A stretch of 64,000 bases of DNA from an uncultured Chlorobiales bacterium. GTDB taxonomy: Bacteria; Bacteroidota; Chlorobiia; Chlorobiales; Thermochlorobacteraceae. The stretch's first letter is position 1; the number at the start of each line of letters is the position of its first letter. Positions 1-10,031 of this stretch are shown here, in pieces. The notes below the pieces were generated by a model. The model searched no databases and had not been told where the DNA came from. It saw only the letters and a program-made list of their open reading frames with translations. Both the position numbers and the translations under genes were made by a program. The stretch is taken from NCBI GenBank assembly GCA_938003965.1, contig CALKXI010000026.1:3963-67962 (forward strand), written 5' to 3'.

Positions 1-1213
1 TATCAATTTGGTCTTGAATTTTTACAAAGCAAGCCACAATATATTCCATTGCTTCATCTTTCATATCGGTTCGAACGTAGTCAGGTAGCATTCCGCCTTC
101 AAATACTTCTTCGGCTTTCTCAATTTCATCTACAAGTTGCGTAAAGTAGAGAATTGCTTGTGGATATTCAGTCAGTCGATAGTAAGACCAACCCAGTTTA
201 TAGAGTGCTTGATTAAAATACTCAGACCGCTCTCCCTTCTTGACAATTAAATCTATTGCCTTCTGAAAGTAGGGAATAGCATCTTTTGTTGATTTTGGCT
301 GATTGCGTCGTGAACTAAAATAATACTCGCCAGTAAGCATGTAAGCATCGACGATGTATCGGCTATCAGGGAATCTGCGAATGATTTGTCCCAACACTGC
401 AATTGCCTCACGCCTTCTATCTTCGACTTCTTTTCGCTCCCAGCGCTTAGCATTTGGCATATTTCGTTCATATTGATAAGTGCGTAATGCTGCATAGTCG
501 CCGTATCGCTCTCCAAGTATAAATGCTTTTCCATAAAGCGCATCGGCAACATATGGGCTTTGAGGCATATTATTGATGATGCGGTCGTAAAGTGCAATAA
601 CCTCATCTAATTTTGGGTCAGGGGGAACAGGTGCACTATCAGGGAGCTTTGGCTTTTTATTTTCATCCATGCCGCTAGCAATCCATGCATCTACTTGCTT
701 GAGGTAGTTTTTGTAATCTTCTGAATTTTGAAACGATGCAGCGGCACTGTCATATGGCGCACGTTTCGCATAGTATTCTTCTGTTACTTTTTCGTAGTAA
801 AGGTCTGCATACCTAATAGCGATTTCATCAGCAACCTTACTGTCCGGAAAGACTTTCAAGAATTGTTCGGCAACATCGAGGCTTGTTTGCGTGATTTTTT
901 GCTTGTGTTCTCGCGTCTTTTCTAACTTTTTTTCATACTCATTGAGTATTAGTTGAATTTGGCGGGTTGTGAAAGACGAAAAGATATTATCTGTTTCGCG
1001 ATTTCCTGTTTTAGCACGCATCACATCTTTTGGCACAAGGCGCGAAGTAGAAAGCGCGCTCTGCTGGCTCTTGATTATTGCTGCACTGTCAATTTTGGGC
1101 TTCTGCTCTCTTGCGGTTAATTGTAATGTTGATAAACACATCACAATTAACAAAAAAGTACCGTACAAGGCACACTTGCAGCATATACTGTGATGACATA
1201 CTTTTTTCAACAT
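1..1213 (-). CDS. TPR-repeat protein, partial (3' end lies beyond the left window edge); last gene of the Exb/TonB-like cluster
   Basis: Own minus-strand translation: ATG at 1213-1211 (MLKKVCHHSICCKCALYGTFLLIVMCLS..., hydrophobic N-terminal anchor), open through position 1. TPR-like stretches are present (e.g. ...YIVDAYMLTGEYYF..., ...QALYKLGWSYYRLTEYPQAILYF...). Absent from the ORF track only because it runs off the edge. Confidence 0.75.
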   Translation of the reverse strand, partial: MLKKVCHHSICCKCALYGTFLLIVMCLSTLQLTAREQKPKIDSAAIIKSQQSALSTSRLVPKDVMRAKTGNRETDNIFSSFTTRQIQLILNEYEKKLEKTREHKQKITQTSLDVAEQFLKVFPDSKVADEIAIRYADLYYEKVTEEYYAKRAPYDSAAASFQNSEDYKNYLKQVDAWIASGMDENKKPKLPDSAPVPPDPKLDEVIALYDRIINNMPQSPYVADALYGKAFILGERYGDYAALRTYQYERNMPNAKRWERKEVEDRRREAIAVLGQIIRRFPDSRYIVDAYMLTGEYYFSSRRNQPKSTKDAIPYFQKAIDLIVKKGERSEYFNQALYKLGWSYYRLTEYPQAILYFTQLVDEIEKAEEVFEGGMLPDYVRTDMKDEAMEYIVACFVKIQDQID

Positions 1214-1389
1214 AGTTGCTTTTTTAACTTCTTTTTCTGTGGGGTCAGGTCTTGAAACTTTTTGTTGCTTTGTTTTCCAATGTTTATCAGAGAGATTTAC
1301 ATTAGGGCAATGATAAACAGGACTGCAAATCACAGAGTAAGGGGAAAGCCCATTTACGCTTTCCCTGACTTCTTGCGCTTAGACTATTC

Positions 1390-2376
1390 TTACTCCATTT
1401 CTCTGAAATCATATGGAATATCTACGCTTTGATTGACTTTTTGTGGAATTGATGAAAACCTCATTCGTTTCATCTTAGCAATAATACATCGGTTAAGGCT
1501 TTCATTTCGAATAGTTGAGTTCGCAATTTGCGCATTTGTAACTGCACCATCGGGGGCGATGATAATGCGAACCGTCATTTTGCCCTTTGCGTCTGTACTG
1601 CTACGAGCTGCAGCGTAGCATTCTTCGATTGCTCCTTGGTTTTTGTCGACAATTTTTTGGATTTCAGCAGCCGGTCGTAGACCTGTTTGTGTTTTTAAGT
1701 TTTGCGCACGTACGGCAAGGCGCAGACCACGTCCCCCGATTCCGGTTCCGCGTCCGCTGCCACCGCCGAGTCCTGTTCCACGTCCAGCGCTACCGATTCC
1801 TATGCCGCCGCCAGCACCAAATCCTACTTCGCCGCCGCCAAGCCCGCCGATTCCGCCGAATCCTGTGCCAGAGAGCCCAGTGAGCCCACCGCCAGCCCCC
1901 ACACTGCCAAGCAATCCTTCTCCTGTGCCAGTTGCGCCTGCGGTTGGGGTCGGTAATCCTTCTGCTTGACTAAACAGCCCTTCTAATGCTGCTCCGAGCG
2001 CACTTTCAACTGCAGCAGCCGCTTCGGCAGATGCTTCGCCGCGCGCCTCTGCGCTAGATGCAAGCGCTGCTTCTGACCCACCTTCTCCTGCATCGGTTAC
2101 CACTTCTTGTTGCCTAACATCAGGTGGCGGTGGTGGCTCGATGTTTTGTGCTTCCAGAACGACCAATTTCTTCTTCTTTACCTCTACCTCTACTGTTCCA
2201 TAAATAGATTCTTTGATGAAATAGATCACAAGTAGAAGCACAAAGAACGAAACTGCGATTGTCTGTCCAATCAAGAGACGCTTTTGCATCTCTTTGCGAA
2301 CTTTGTATGCGAATGGTTCTTGTGCATACCATCGCATTTCAACTTGAGCACCGAGTTCTCTTGAACGAGCCTTCAT
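1390..2376 (-). CDS. TonB-like energy-transducer protein with an AgmX/PglI-type C-terminal domain
   Basis: N-terminal TM helix (IAVSFFVLLLVIYFI), EPPPPPD linker and a long Gly/Ala-rich low-complexity region. The C-terminus IQKIVDKNQGAIEECY...GKMTVRIIIAPDGAV...STIRNESLNRCI...VDIPYDF fits the two-Cys AgmX/PglI tail pattern better than classical TonB_C. Lies directly downstream of exbB-exbD-exbD. Confidence 0.7.
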   Translation of the reverse strand: MKARSRELGAQVEMRWYAQEPFAYKVRKEMQKRLLIGQTIAVSFFVLLLVIYFIKESIYGTVEVEVKKKKLVVLEAQNIEPPPPPDVRQQEVVTDAGEGGSEAALASSAEARGEASAEAAAAVESALGAALEGLFSQAEGLPTPTAGATGTGEGLLGSVGAGGGLTGLSGTGFGGIGGLGGGEVGFGAGGGIGIGSAGRGTGLGGGSGRGTGIGGRGLRLAVRAQNLKTQTGLRPAAEIQKIVDKNQGAIEECYAAARSSTDAKGKMTVRIIIAPDGAVTNAQIANSTIRNESLNRCIIAKMKRMRFSSIPQKVNQSVDIPYDFREME

Positions 2377-2394
2377 TGTGATTATCCTCCGATT

Positions 2395-3000
2395 TTATTG
2401 GGATTGTGCACCACCAGCACCTTTATCCAACTCATCAATTTTTGCCATTTCTTCAGGCTTCATTTCTGTCGTCGCCCACTTTTGCACGCCACCTCGATAC
2501 ACCTCATCCAAAGCTTCAATCATTGATTCATACAAACTTTCTTTGTGAATTTTCACCACTGTAACGACTTCTGATTTCGTTTTATTTTCTGGATCGTTCA
2601 AGACCTGTTCGCGAATTTGTTGCACTTGCTTTTCGATTTGGTCTAGCGGTATGCGCTTTGGAAGGTTGTTCGGACCTTCCAATCCACGGTGAATGTAGAC
2701 ATTTCCACTCTTTGCAATCTGAACGGTCATCACAAAGTTGGGATTGACAGGTACTGGCTTCGAGTTTGCACTCTCCTTTGGTAACCCCATTAAAAACACG
2801 TTCGGCTTATTGAACGATGTCGTTACCATAAAGAACATCAAAAGCAAAAGCGCAATGTCTACCATAGGGGCAAGGTCGACGTGGGAAGTTTCATCGCTTT
2901 TTTCGTTGTATTTTTTGATTTTTCGGGCTTGCGCGTTTGTCTTTCCTTCCCTCATTTCGTGTTTGACGCGGCGCCCTTTATCCTCTAAGCTTTTTTTCAT
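2395..3000 (-). CDS. exbD: ExbD/TolR-family biopolymer transport protein (paralog 2)
   Basis: Single TM helix with the conserved Asp (DLAPMVDIALLLLMFFMVTTSF) followed by a periplasmic domain. Sits in the exbB-exbD-exbD-tonB arrangement. Confidence 0.85.
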   Translation of the reverse strand: MKKSLEDKGRRVKHEMREGKTNAQARKIKKYNEKSDETSHVDLAPMVDIALLLLMFFMVTTSFNKPNVFLMGLPKESANSKPVPVNPNFVMTVQIAKSGNVYIHRGLEGPNNLPKRIPLDQIEKQVQQIREQVLNDPENKTKSEVVTVVKIHKESLYESMIEALDEVYRGGVQKWATTEMKPEEMAKIDELDKGAGGAQSQ

Positions 3001-3032
3001 GGGTCTTAAAGTTTTTCTGATAATTTGCTTTT

Positions 3033-3641
3033 CTACTTTTCCATTACTGTTACCATTTGCACTTGCTCGAAGCGCACTTCTTTCATCATCGTCATGATTT
3101 TGTAAATGATGCTGAATTTGACAAGCTTATCAGCTTTTAAGACGATGGTTTGTTTGGGGTCAGCAGCACGCGCTAGCAACAATACTTCTTTCAAATCTGC
3201 CATTACCTTTCCCACCTCGGCAGGGTCGTTTATGTTCTCTATTTTCCCAACTTCTACTCCTTCAGTGCTGCGGGCGGCGGCTTCACCGTACTTATTTGAA
3301 AGCGCAGCAATACGTGTATTCACTTCATCCATGTAAACACGAATGCGATTTTCTTTCGTGCTGTCGCCAACCGTAACAATGATGTATTGCTTGACCGGTT
3401 CTAAAAGAGATGATGATGACTTTGGCGTTTCAACCTTCAAGGTTTCCTGTGGTGCGAAGGTCGTAGTCATCATGAAAAAGGTCAGAAGTAAGAAGGCGAT
3501 ATCTACCAGCGGCGCGAGGTCAATCACCTCTTCCCCTCCATGCATGAAGAATCCGAAAAAGTTCATGTGCCTTCGATGTTTTGAGTAAGAAATTACAAAG
3601 AAGGGAACGTGATGTTTGCGCTCCCTTTTGTTCGATTTCAA
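3033..3641 (-). CDS. exbD: ExbD/TolR-family biopolymer transport protein (paralog 1)
   Basis: TM helix with the conserved Asp (IDLAPLVDIAFLLLTFFMMTTTF). The start is ambiguous; an internal Met at 3566 is possible. Confidence 0.85.
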   Translation of the reverse strand: MKSNKRERKHHVPFFVISYSKHRRHMNFFGFFMHGGEEVIDLAPLVDIAFLLLTFFMMTTTFAPQETLKVETPKSSSSLLEPVKQYIIVTVGDSTKENRIRVYMDEVNTRIAALSNKYGEAAARSTEGVEVGKIENINDPAEVGKVMADLKEVLLLARAADPKQTIVLKADKLVKFSIIYKIMTMMKEVRFEQVQMVTVMEK

Positions 3642-3654
3642 TCAATACGCAGGT

Positions 3655-4437
3655 TTATTGAGCCCGTTCACGCTCGGAAATCAAGTTTCTGCGAGCAATC
3701 GTGAGAGTTTGAATTACTTCAAAGGCTGCTTCATCAATAAAATAGGTGAAGTTGTCAATTTCCGCCTTGAAGTAGTTGTACATCGTGGTTCCTAAAATAG
3801 CCGTAAAGAGACCACCAGCTGTGTTGTAGAGGGCTTCGGAAATTGCGCCTGAAAGTGCAGTCGGGTCTGGCGTTCCGCCTGCGCTGGAAATTGCCGCAAA
3901 CGCGCGAATCATACCTACCGTCGTTCCCAACAGTCCGATAAGCGTTGCGATAGTTGCGATCGTTTTAATCGGTGTCAAATTAGTTTCAAACTGGGCTGAC
4001 TCAAAGTTTGCTGCTTCGTCAATTGCTTTTTGAACTTCCTGAATTTTAGCATTGAACCGAGGCTCAACTTCATCGAGCGAGCGATAACGCTCGAGTCCGC
4101 TGGCAATTGATGAAGCAATTGCGCTTCCATGCTTTTCACATTCTTGCAAGGCTTCGTTGATTGCTCCTTTTTCTAAGTATTTCTTTATTTCTTGCATTAA
4201 CTTGTCAAACTTTCCTTTCCCGCGCGCTTTGTTGTATGAAATCACACGCTCGGTAACCACCACAATCAGGACCATCATAGATGCCATCAGTGTTCCGACA
4301 ATGGGACCGCCTTCATAAAAGTTGTGCAAGAGCGTTCCTTTTGGAGCCGGTCCAAAGACGAAAAAGTAAATTGCATACGAAATGATAACCGATGCGATAA
4401 TAACTGCCCACAGAAAGAGTTTATTATTTCCTTTCAT
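3655..4437 (-). CDS. exbB: MotA/TolQ/ExbB-family proton channel
   Basis: Three TM segments and the C-terminal signature LIGLLGTTVGMIRAF...ALSGAISEALYNTAGGLFTAILG. Confidence 0.9.
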   Translation of the reverse strand: MKGNNKLFLWAVIIASVIISYAIYFFVFGPAPKGTLLHNFYEGGPIVGTLMASMMVLIVVVTERVISYNKARGKGKFDKLMQEIKKYLEKGAINEALQECEKHGSAIASSIASGLERYRSLDEVEPRFNAKIQEVQKAIDEAANFESAQFETNLTPIKTIATIATLIGLLGTTVGMIRAFAAISSAGGTPDPTALSGAISEALYNTAGGLFTAILGTTMYNYFKAEIDNFTYFIDEAAFEVIQTLTIARRNLISERERAQ

Positions 4438-4563
4438 TGTGATGACCTCCGATTGATTGTTTTGCTTGTTAGATTGATTAAACTACACTTGTGATAAACT
4501 TTTTTCCAATTTTGTCTTTCGGTTGACTTGTTGGTCAAATTTGTGTGAGCGAATATACACTTT

Positions 4564-7500
4564 TCACGGCACTTGCATATTTTTTCGTTCTCTTATGTTT
4601 GAAAATTTTAGGTAGTCTGTGCCAATGAAAAATGCTTTTCTGAAATCCTGAATGTTCGAGTCAAATTCTTTTTGGAGAAGGTCGGCACGTGTAATCGGGA
4701 CTTTTGTATCTCCTGTTGATTCCAAGTCAATCTGCCTCAAGTAAAATTCCAATTGTCCAATTTTTCGCTTGACAGCATTTCTAAACGAGCCCACGATGCG
4801 TTCATAATTGGCAATTTGCGTTCTGCTTTTCTGAATTTCGTTATACATCAGGCTGGTGAGTGCATACTGGGCAGAAATTCCAGAGCGTTCAATAATGCGC
4901 GTTCCGAAAAATTCTCGTTGAGCCAAAATCGTCTCGACGGTATTGCTTTGGTTTTTCTGAAGATTCGCATTATCAGCATAGAACGCGTTGAGCAGTTTCT
5001 TGCGAGGATCGTTTTCAGTTACAGCGGTTTGCATCGCTTCTGCCAGCTGCTCAGCGTTCAAGAACTCTTGGCGCGCGACTTTCTTGTAAAACTCAATGTC
5101 GCGTTGGTAATCTGCTTTTTCGCCTGCAATCAATGTCGGTGCATGTTTGGTGAAAAGATGCTGTTCTTCGGAAAGGGTTTGGATGCTCATTTTGAGCAAC
5201 TTATCAACGGCACTTTCAGTCTTTTCAGCAGCAGATGCAAGTTTTCTGAATGTTGCAGGTATTGACGCCCTGACTTGCTTAATCTCTTCAAGGCGATTTC
5301 GCATCAATGTCTTCCTGTCGTCAGGAAGAAGCGACTTTTGACTCTTTGTAATTGCAGCTCGGTCTAATACTAAAAGTTTCAAAACACTTTCTTGAAGTGC
5401 GCTCAACCTTGCACCAAGCTGCACTTCGGTTGGATTATTTGAAGTGGTAATGACCGATTCCGTCAGCGTCTTTTGTTGTCTTAAAATGCTTCTTTGTTCT
5501 AAAAACTTGTCCGCAAAATCAAATGCCATCATTCCGTTGTAGACGAAATCATATTCTTTCATAATCATATCGGCGTCAGTTGGGTCTTTGATATGTTTCA
5601 TATACCCTGACAAGAACATTACCTCATAAAGGTTATCGGATACGCGAAAGTTCTTTGCATATTCTTCAATGTCTTTTTCAACCTCTCTCTGTCGATTCTG
5701 TCTGAACTTCGCCCAAAGCGTTCCGACACGTGCAATGTCTTTGCCAACATATCCCCTATCAACTTTTTCAAACAGTTCTTCAGCTTTTGCATATTCAAGT
5801 TGAGCCAATTTTTTGTAGAGGTGAAAGCGGGCTTGCATCGTTTGACTTCGTAGCCTTGTGAGGAATTCTTTTATTCGTCCAATGCGCTCTGACGTCATTC
5901 GCCCTTCTTTCTGAATTGATTCAATTTCACTTTGGATTTTCAACAAATCTTTTTCGGCTTTATCAATCTCAGAGCCTTTGCTTTCAAGTTCATATGTGAG
6001 TCGTTGAAAATCTCGTTCTGAAATCGCAAGTTCTAAAAGTTCTGAACCTAACTGGTTGGAAATCCTTTCTATTACAGTGTCCTGAGCAACGATTTGGTCT
6101 AAAATTCTTGCCAACTGTCGGTCGTAAATTGTGGCTTGTTTAGAGCGGACATAGCGTTTGAATTCCGCTCGCAGTGTGGAGTCGGCTCGTTGTCGCTTTT
6201 CGCTATCGTCACTTAGAATTTTCCTTGCCTCTTGCATTAATCGATTGGCTCTGGTATAGGCGATGTTCCCAAGCTGAAGGTATGCAGCATTTTGGATGTA
6301 GGTTTGTTTTTCAAACAGCCCTTGACCTCGAGAGACGATTTTCCCAAAGGCATCTGCACTTTGGTCAAAATTTTGCATTTCTAGATACGCAAGTCCTTTG
6401 ATGTAATCGGCTTCACTGCGCATTGGGGAGTCTTCGGGAACTTCTCTTGCCCAGTTGATTGCACTTTCGTATTGCTTATTTCGATAATCTACGGTTGCGG
6501 CCAGCACTCGAATCTTGTCGCTATAAACATTGTTCTTCTTGAGGTAATGCTTAAATCGTTCTAGATCGGCTTGAAACTGCTTTGTATCGTTGTATGCATA
6601 ACTCATGAAGAGAATGCGATACATTGCTTGCGCTCGGTATGGTGCACTTTTTGAAACCTTTATGTTTGCCAATTTCGGATTCTTTTGTCGTTCCGACACT
6701 GCTTGCGCGTATTTGCGTCTAATTTTTAACAGTTCTTTGTCAATCTTTTCAATTTCTTCGTCAATAATTTGCATTTGCTTGCTGATTTGGCGTATGGGGT
6801 AGTCAGCTTGCTCGACGTTTGATTTTGCTTTTGCCGCTGTCATCAGAGATTGATACTGTCGCTTGATAGCATTCATTGAGTCTTTCTGTGCGCTCACACT
6901 TGCTTCCAGTTTTTTAATCTCATCTTCGGTTTTGTCGAAGTAATCCATCTCGGCGTATTCAGGAGAAGAATACTTTGCATAAAGTTCTTCATACAACTTT
7001 CTTGCTTGACTGTAATAGCCAAGCCCGAAGTTGGCTTCGGCGCGGTAGTATATCAAATCTTCAATTTCCCCATATTCATCTTTGTAGGCTTCATACAAGT
7101 CGTTCAGATACAACAGCGCCGTTCCATAATCTTTTCGGTTATAGACTTGCATTGCAGAAGACAGCTCGAGGCGGTATAGACGCTTTTTGAATTCATCGTC
7201 AAGAACGCTGAGCAAGGCTTTTCTCATTGCCTTGTATTCGTTGCAAATTGCGTAGAAGCGTGCAAACTGAACAAAGCGTTCATATTCGTATTTGTTTGCA
7301 AAGTTGTAGAAAGATTTCGCATTTCCTTGATAGCCAAAATCTTGGATGTTGAGACGAGAGTAATCTCGCAGGAGAAGCACTAGCCGTTTTTTCCCCTCGA
7401 ACATGTATCGCTCCATGTTTTCGCGCATCTTTTCGCGGTTTTTGCGCAGATTGTCGAGGAGTTTTCTTGTTTCGGTCGAGAGCTCTTCAAGCGCTTTTAC

Positions 7501-8007
7501 TTCTTCGGCGGCGAGCCTGAGCCGCTGTTCATTTGCTTTGGCAATCGGGTCTCGCTCCAGTTCTTCCTTGCTTTTTTTTGGCATTGCTCGTTCGAGTTGT
7601 TCAAATGCTTTTCTGCTGGAGTCCAACTGCCTTTGGATTAGGGCGTAGGCTTTCTCGAGACTATCAAAATCAATGGTCTGTTTGAGTTTCTTGTCGATAT
7701 CTTCCAAAATTGTCAGTTCTTCCTGCGCGGTGAATTTGTATTGGATAGGAAACCGTTTTGCCTCGTTGGTCATAAGCTCAATGTTCATCGCAAGTAAGTT
7801 GAGGTAACGCTCTTTGCGCAACAGGTCTGTGATGTATTGCCTATCCGATAAAAATAGGCTATCGGTTGGAAGTGGTAGATTTGAGTAGATGTCTTGTGCT
7901 CGCGCTGAGAATGGCACCAAAGTAAATACAAGCAGCAGAGTAACCTTTGTGGAATAACGATTTTTCAAGCGTGAGATGGTTTGAACTTGTGAGTATTTTG
8001 TTAGCAA
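4564..8007 (-). CDS. Large (1147 aa) secreted coiled-coil/TPR-repeat protein, function unknown
   Basis: Signal-peptide-like N-terminus (KVTLLLVFTLVPFSARAQD), long Lys/Glu-rich heptad-like stretches and several TPR-like units (YYRAEANFGLGYYSQARKLYEELY; DYIKGLAYLEMQNFDQSADAF). It is the first gene of a co-directional cluster with exbB. Confidence 0.8.
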   Translation of the reverse strand: MLTKYSQVQTISRLKNRYSTKVTLLLVFTLVPFSARAQDIYSNLPLPTDSLFLSDRQYITDLLRKERYLNLLAMNIELMTNEAKRFPIQYKFTAQEELTILEDIDKKLKQTIDFDSLEKAYALIQRQLDSSRKAFEQLERAMPKKSKEELERDPIAKANEQRLRLAAEEVKALEELSTETRKLLDNLRKNREKMRENMERYMFEGKKRLVLLLRDYSRLNIQDFGYQGNAKSFYNFANKYEYERFVQFARFYAICNEYKAMRKALLSVLDDEFKKRLYRLELSSAMQVYNRKDYGTALLYLNDLYEAYKDEYGEIEDLIYYRAEANFGLGYYSQARKLYEELYAKYSSPEYAEMDYFDKTEDEIKKLEASVSAQKDSMNAIKRQYQSLMTAAKAKSNVEQADYPIRQISKQMQIIDEEIEKIDKELLKIRRKYAQAVSERQKNPKLANIKVSKSAPYRAQAMYRILFMSYAYNDTKQFQADLERFKHYLKKNNVYSDKIRVLAATVDYRNKQYESAINWAREVPEDSPMRSEADYIKGLAYLEMQNFDQSADAFGKIVSRGQGLFEKQTYIQNAAYLQLGNIAYTRANRLMQEARKILSDDSEKRQRADSTLRAEFKRYVRSKQATIYDRQLARILDQIVAQDTVIERISNQLGSELLELAISERDFQRLTYELESKGSEIDKAEKDLLKIQSEIESIQKEGRMTSERIGRIKEFLTRLRSQTMQARFHLYKKLAQLEYAKAEELFEKVDRGYVGKDIARVGTLWAKFRQNRQREVEKDIEEYAKNFRVSDNLYEVMFLSGYMKHIKDPTDADMIMKEYDFVYNGMMAFDFADKFLEQRSILRQQKTLTESVITTSNNPTEVQLGARLSALQESVLKLLVLDRAAITKSQKSLLPDDRKTLMRNRLEEIKQVRASIPATFRKLASAAEKTESAVDKLLKMSIQTLSEEQHLFTKHAPTLIAGEKADYQRDIEFYKKVARQEFLNAEQLAEAMQTAVTENDPRKKLLNAFYADNANLQKNQSNTVETILAQREFFGTRIIERSGISAQYALTSLMYNEIQKSRTQIANYERIVGSFRNAVKRKIGQLEFYLRQIDLESTGDTKVPITRADLLQKEFDSNIQDFRKAFFIGTDYLKFSNIRERKNMQVP

Positions 8008-8187
8008 ACATCTTGCCGTATTATCATAGTCTGGAGTTCATCAACTCCACACCAATCATATCATCCAGTCTCATCGTGTGCTTGCATCTTGAACTTGGAG
8101 CATTGGATGAGAGACGTTTTACCGTTCCTAATATACAAGATTGGTCTCTAAAAAAACAAACGTCATGCACATTTGTGATTGTGCCAT

Positions 8188-9159
8188 TTAGTGTGGCACT
8201 GCTGTCTCTGCTCGCCTGAAGCTTTTCTGCTGTTCCAAAAAGCGTTCTGCGTCGATTGCTGCCATGCATCCTGTTCCTGCGGCAGTAACGGCTTGTCGGT
8301 AGATACTGTCTTGAATATCGCCGCATGCAAACACGCCAGGCATGCTTGTTTCTGTCGAGCTTTTTTTGGTGATGATGTAGCCATTATCGTCAAGTTCAAG
8401 TTGCCCTTTGAACAAAGCAGAGTTTGGACTGTGCCCAATCGCAATAAACACGCCATCGCAGTTTATTTCCGATACTTCGTTCGTCTTTGTATTCTTGATG
8501 CGAACGCCTGTTACAACCTTGCCGTCGCCCAAGATGTCGTCTACTACAACATTCGTAACAAACTTAATTTTGGGATTCGCCTTGGCGCGCTCGAGCATGA
8601 TTTTTGATGCGCGAAATGTTTCTCGGCGGTGGAGAATGGTTACGCTTGTTGCATACTTGGTCAGGAAGTTTGCCTCTTCCATTGCGCTGTCGCCGCCGCC
8701 CACCACGACCACCTCTTTGCCTTTGTAAAAGAAGCCGTCGCAAGTAGCACATGCCGAAACGCCGTAGCCCATATACTTTTTTTCTGACTCCAAACCAAGC
8801 CATCGTGCACTAGCACCTGTGGCAATAATCAATGTTTCAGCCATCACGATGTTCTTTTCATCAACTGTTACTTTGAATGGTCGTTGTGATAAATCAACGG
8901 CGGTTACGCTTCCGTAAAGATACTGTGTTCCAAAGCGTTTGGCTTGTTCGCGCATCTCGTCCATTAACTTTGGTCCTAAAATTCCGTGCGCAAAGCCGGG
9001 AAAGTTTTCAACTTCGGTCGTGATAGTCAGTTGTCCGCCAGGCTGAACCCCTTCTATGACCAATGGATTTAAGTTGGCTCTCGAGGCGTAAATTGCTGCC
9101 GTAAGTCCTGCTGGTCCTGAGCCAATGATAACGACTTCGTAATGTTTTACGTCTGACAT
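8188..9159 (-). CDS. trxB: Thioredoxin-disulfide reductase
   Basis: FAD motif [14 protein letters not shown], redox-active CATCDG and NADPH motif [13 protein letters not shown]. Confidence 0.95.
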   Translation of the reverse strand: MSDVKHYEVVIIGSGPAGLTAAIYASRANLNPLVIEGVQPGGQLTITTEVENFPGFAHGILGPKLMDEMREQAKRFGTQYLYGSVTAVDLSQRPFKVTVDEKNIVMAETLIIATGASARWLGLESEKKYMGYGVSACATCDGFFYKGKEVVVVGGGDSAMEEANFLTKYATSVTILHRRETFRASKIMLERAKANPKIKFVTNVVVDDILGDGKVVTGVRIKNTKTNEVSEINCDGVFIAIGHSPNSALFKGQLELDDNGYIITKKSSTETSMPGVFACGDIQDSIYRQAVTAAGTGCMAAIDAERFLEQQKSFRRAETAVPH

Positions 9160-9244
9160 TTTACTTTTCTTGTTGGAGTTTCTCTCGTTAAGGATTTTGA
9201 AAAGAAGTTAAGAAATGATTTCCAAAATCAAACTTGCTCGATGT

Positions 9245-9910
9245 TCAAAGCGTGATAGTGTAAAAGAAATTGAGAAGCAACGTGTGCTCAATGCGGTCGG
9301 GCAATCCGACAATGCGATTGATGAAACGATGTTGATACAGTGCGTCAATGATGAGTCCTTGTTCTCGATAGCGAATTCCAATGTGGAAACGGTTTTGATT
9401 GAAAATTGGCTCGCTCAGTCCCAAGAAAATTTCATTGTTCAGCAGCAGTCCATAATTTTCCCAAATCGGAATCACGAGTTCAGGACGGAGTCGGAAGCGC
9501 AATGCGGAAATGATTTCAACAAAGAAGTCATCAGGTGAACGCCAAGTAAGATTTTCAGCTCGAAAGCGAAGGCTGAATGGCACATCGAACAGACGCCTGT
9601 CGTGCCAAAGTTGAAGGGCGGCAATGTCCAAGAGGCGACTGTTTATCGGCGTAAGAATCGTGTAGCCAACTCCAATAGATGTTGAAGGCATGATACGATA
9701 TAACCCCCAGATGCTGAAGACGGTTGTTTGAAATTGCGTCGCATTTTGAGTGAAGCGTGTTTGTGCAAACGTTTGCACGGTGTAAGGAGAGTTGCCAAAG
9801 CGCAAGGTTATCATGGTCGATGTCCAACTGACAAAATCTCGCTCGTCAATTGGTTGAGCAGGACTGTTCAAAGATGAAAGTATCAGGAAAATGATGCAAA
9901 GTCGTTTCAC
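9245..9910 (-). CDS. Putative outer-membrane beta-barrel protein (DUF2490-like), function unknown
   Basis: The ORF in the track runs 9245..9967. I prefer the GTG at 9910, which gives a signal peptide (KRLCIIFLILSSLNSPAQP). The alternating aromatic/hydrophilic pattern is typical of beta-barrels, ending in ...NFFYTITL. Confidence 0.6.
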   Translation of the reverse strand: MKRLCIIFLILSSLNSPAQPIDERDFVSWTSTMITLRFGNSPYTVQTFAQTRFTQNATQFQTTVFSIWGLYRIMPSTSIGVGYTILTPINSRLLDIAALQLWHDRRLFDVPFSLRFRAENLTWRSPDDFFVEIISALRFRLRPELVIPIWENYGLLLNNEIFLGLSEPIFNQNRFHIGIRYREQGLIIDALYQHRFINRIVGLPDRIEHTLLLNFFYTITL

Positions 9911-10031
9911 GTCTGTTCCTGTCTGTTTGCTTATGGCGTTGCATGCAAAGTTATCCAAATCAGCCACAAAGGTAAGTTACATTTGTTACAGTGTCGTATA
10001 TTAATATCTTACAACTTGAACTTTCTTGAAA

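Noticed and set aside
253-606. 117-aa minus-strand ORF listed in the track
   Set aside because: It lies in the wrong frame inside the partial TPR gene (1..1213, minus) that I translated directly. Its sequence is low-quality and has no motifs.
1241-1260. ggggtcaggtcttgaaac resembling the GGUCAGGUCCGGAAGG core of SRP (4.5S) RNA
   Set aside because: Only the first ~10 nt match. The GGAAGCAGC motif and the complementary strand of the conserved helix are absent, and the 176-nt gap shows no extended hairpin.
1643-1969. Pro-rich plus-strand ORFs (1587..1883, 1643..1969, 1702..1956) opposite the TonB-like gene
   Set aside because: They are mirror images of the Gly/Ala-rich low-complexity coding region (GGN/GCN codons read as CCN/NGC on the other strand). 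They are shadow ORFs.
8008-8187. Overlapping ORFs in and around the trxB / TPR intergenic region (7947..8219, 8024..8326, 8163..8456, 8179..8607)
   Set aside because: They overlap trxB or each other in alternative frames and have Cys/Arg-rich nonsense-like composition with no motifs. The gap more likely holds the cluster promoter and the trxB terminator.
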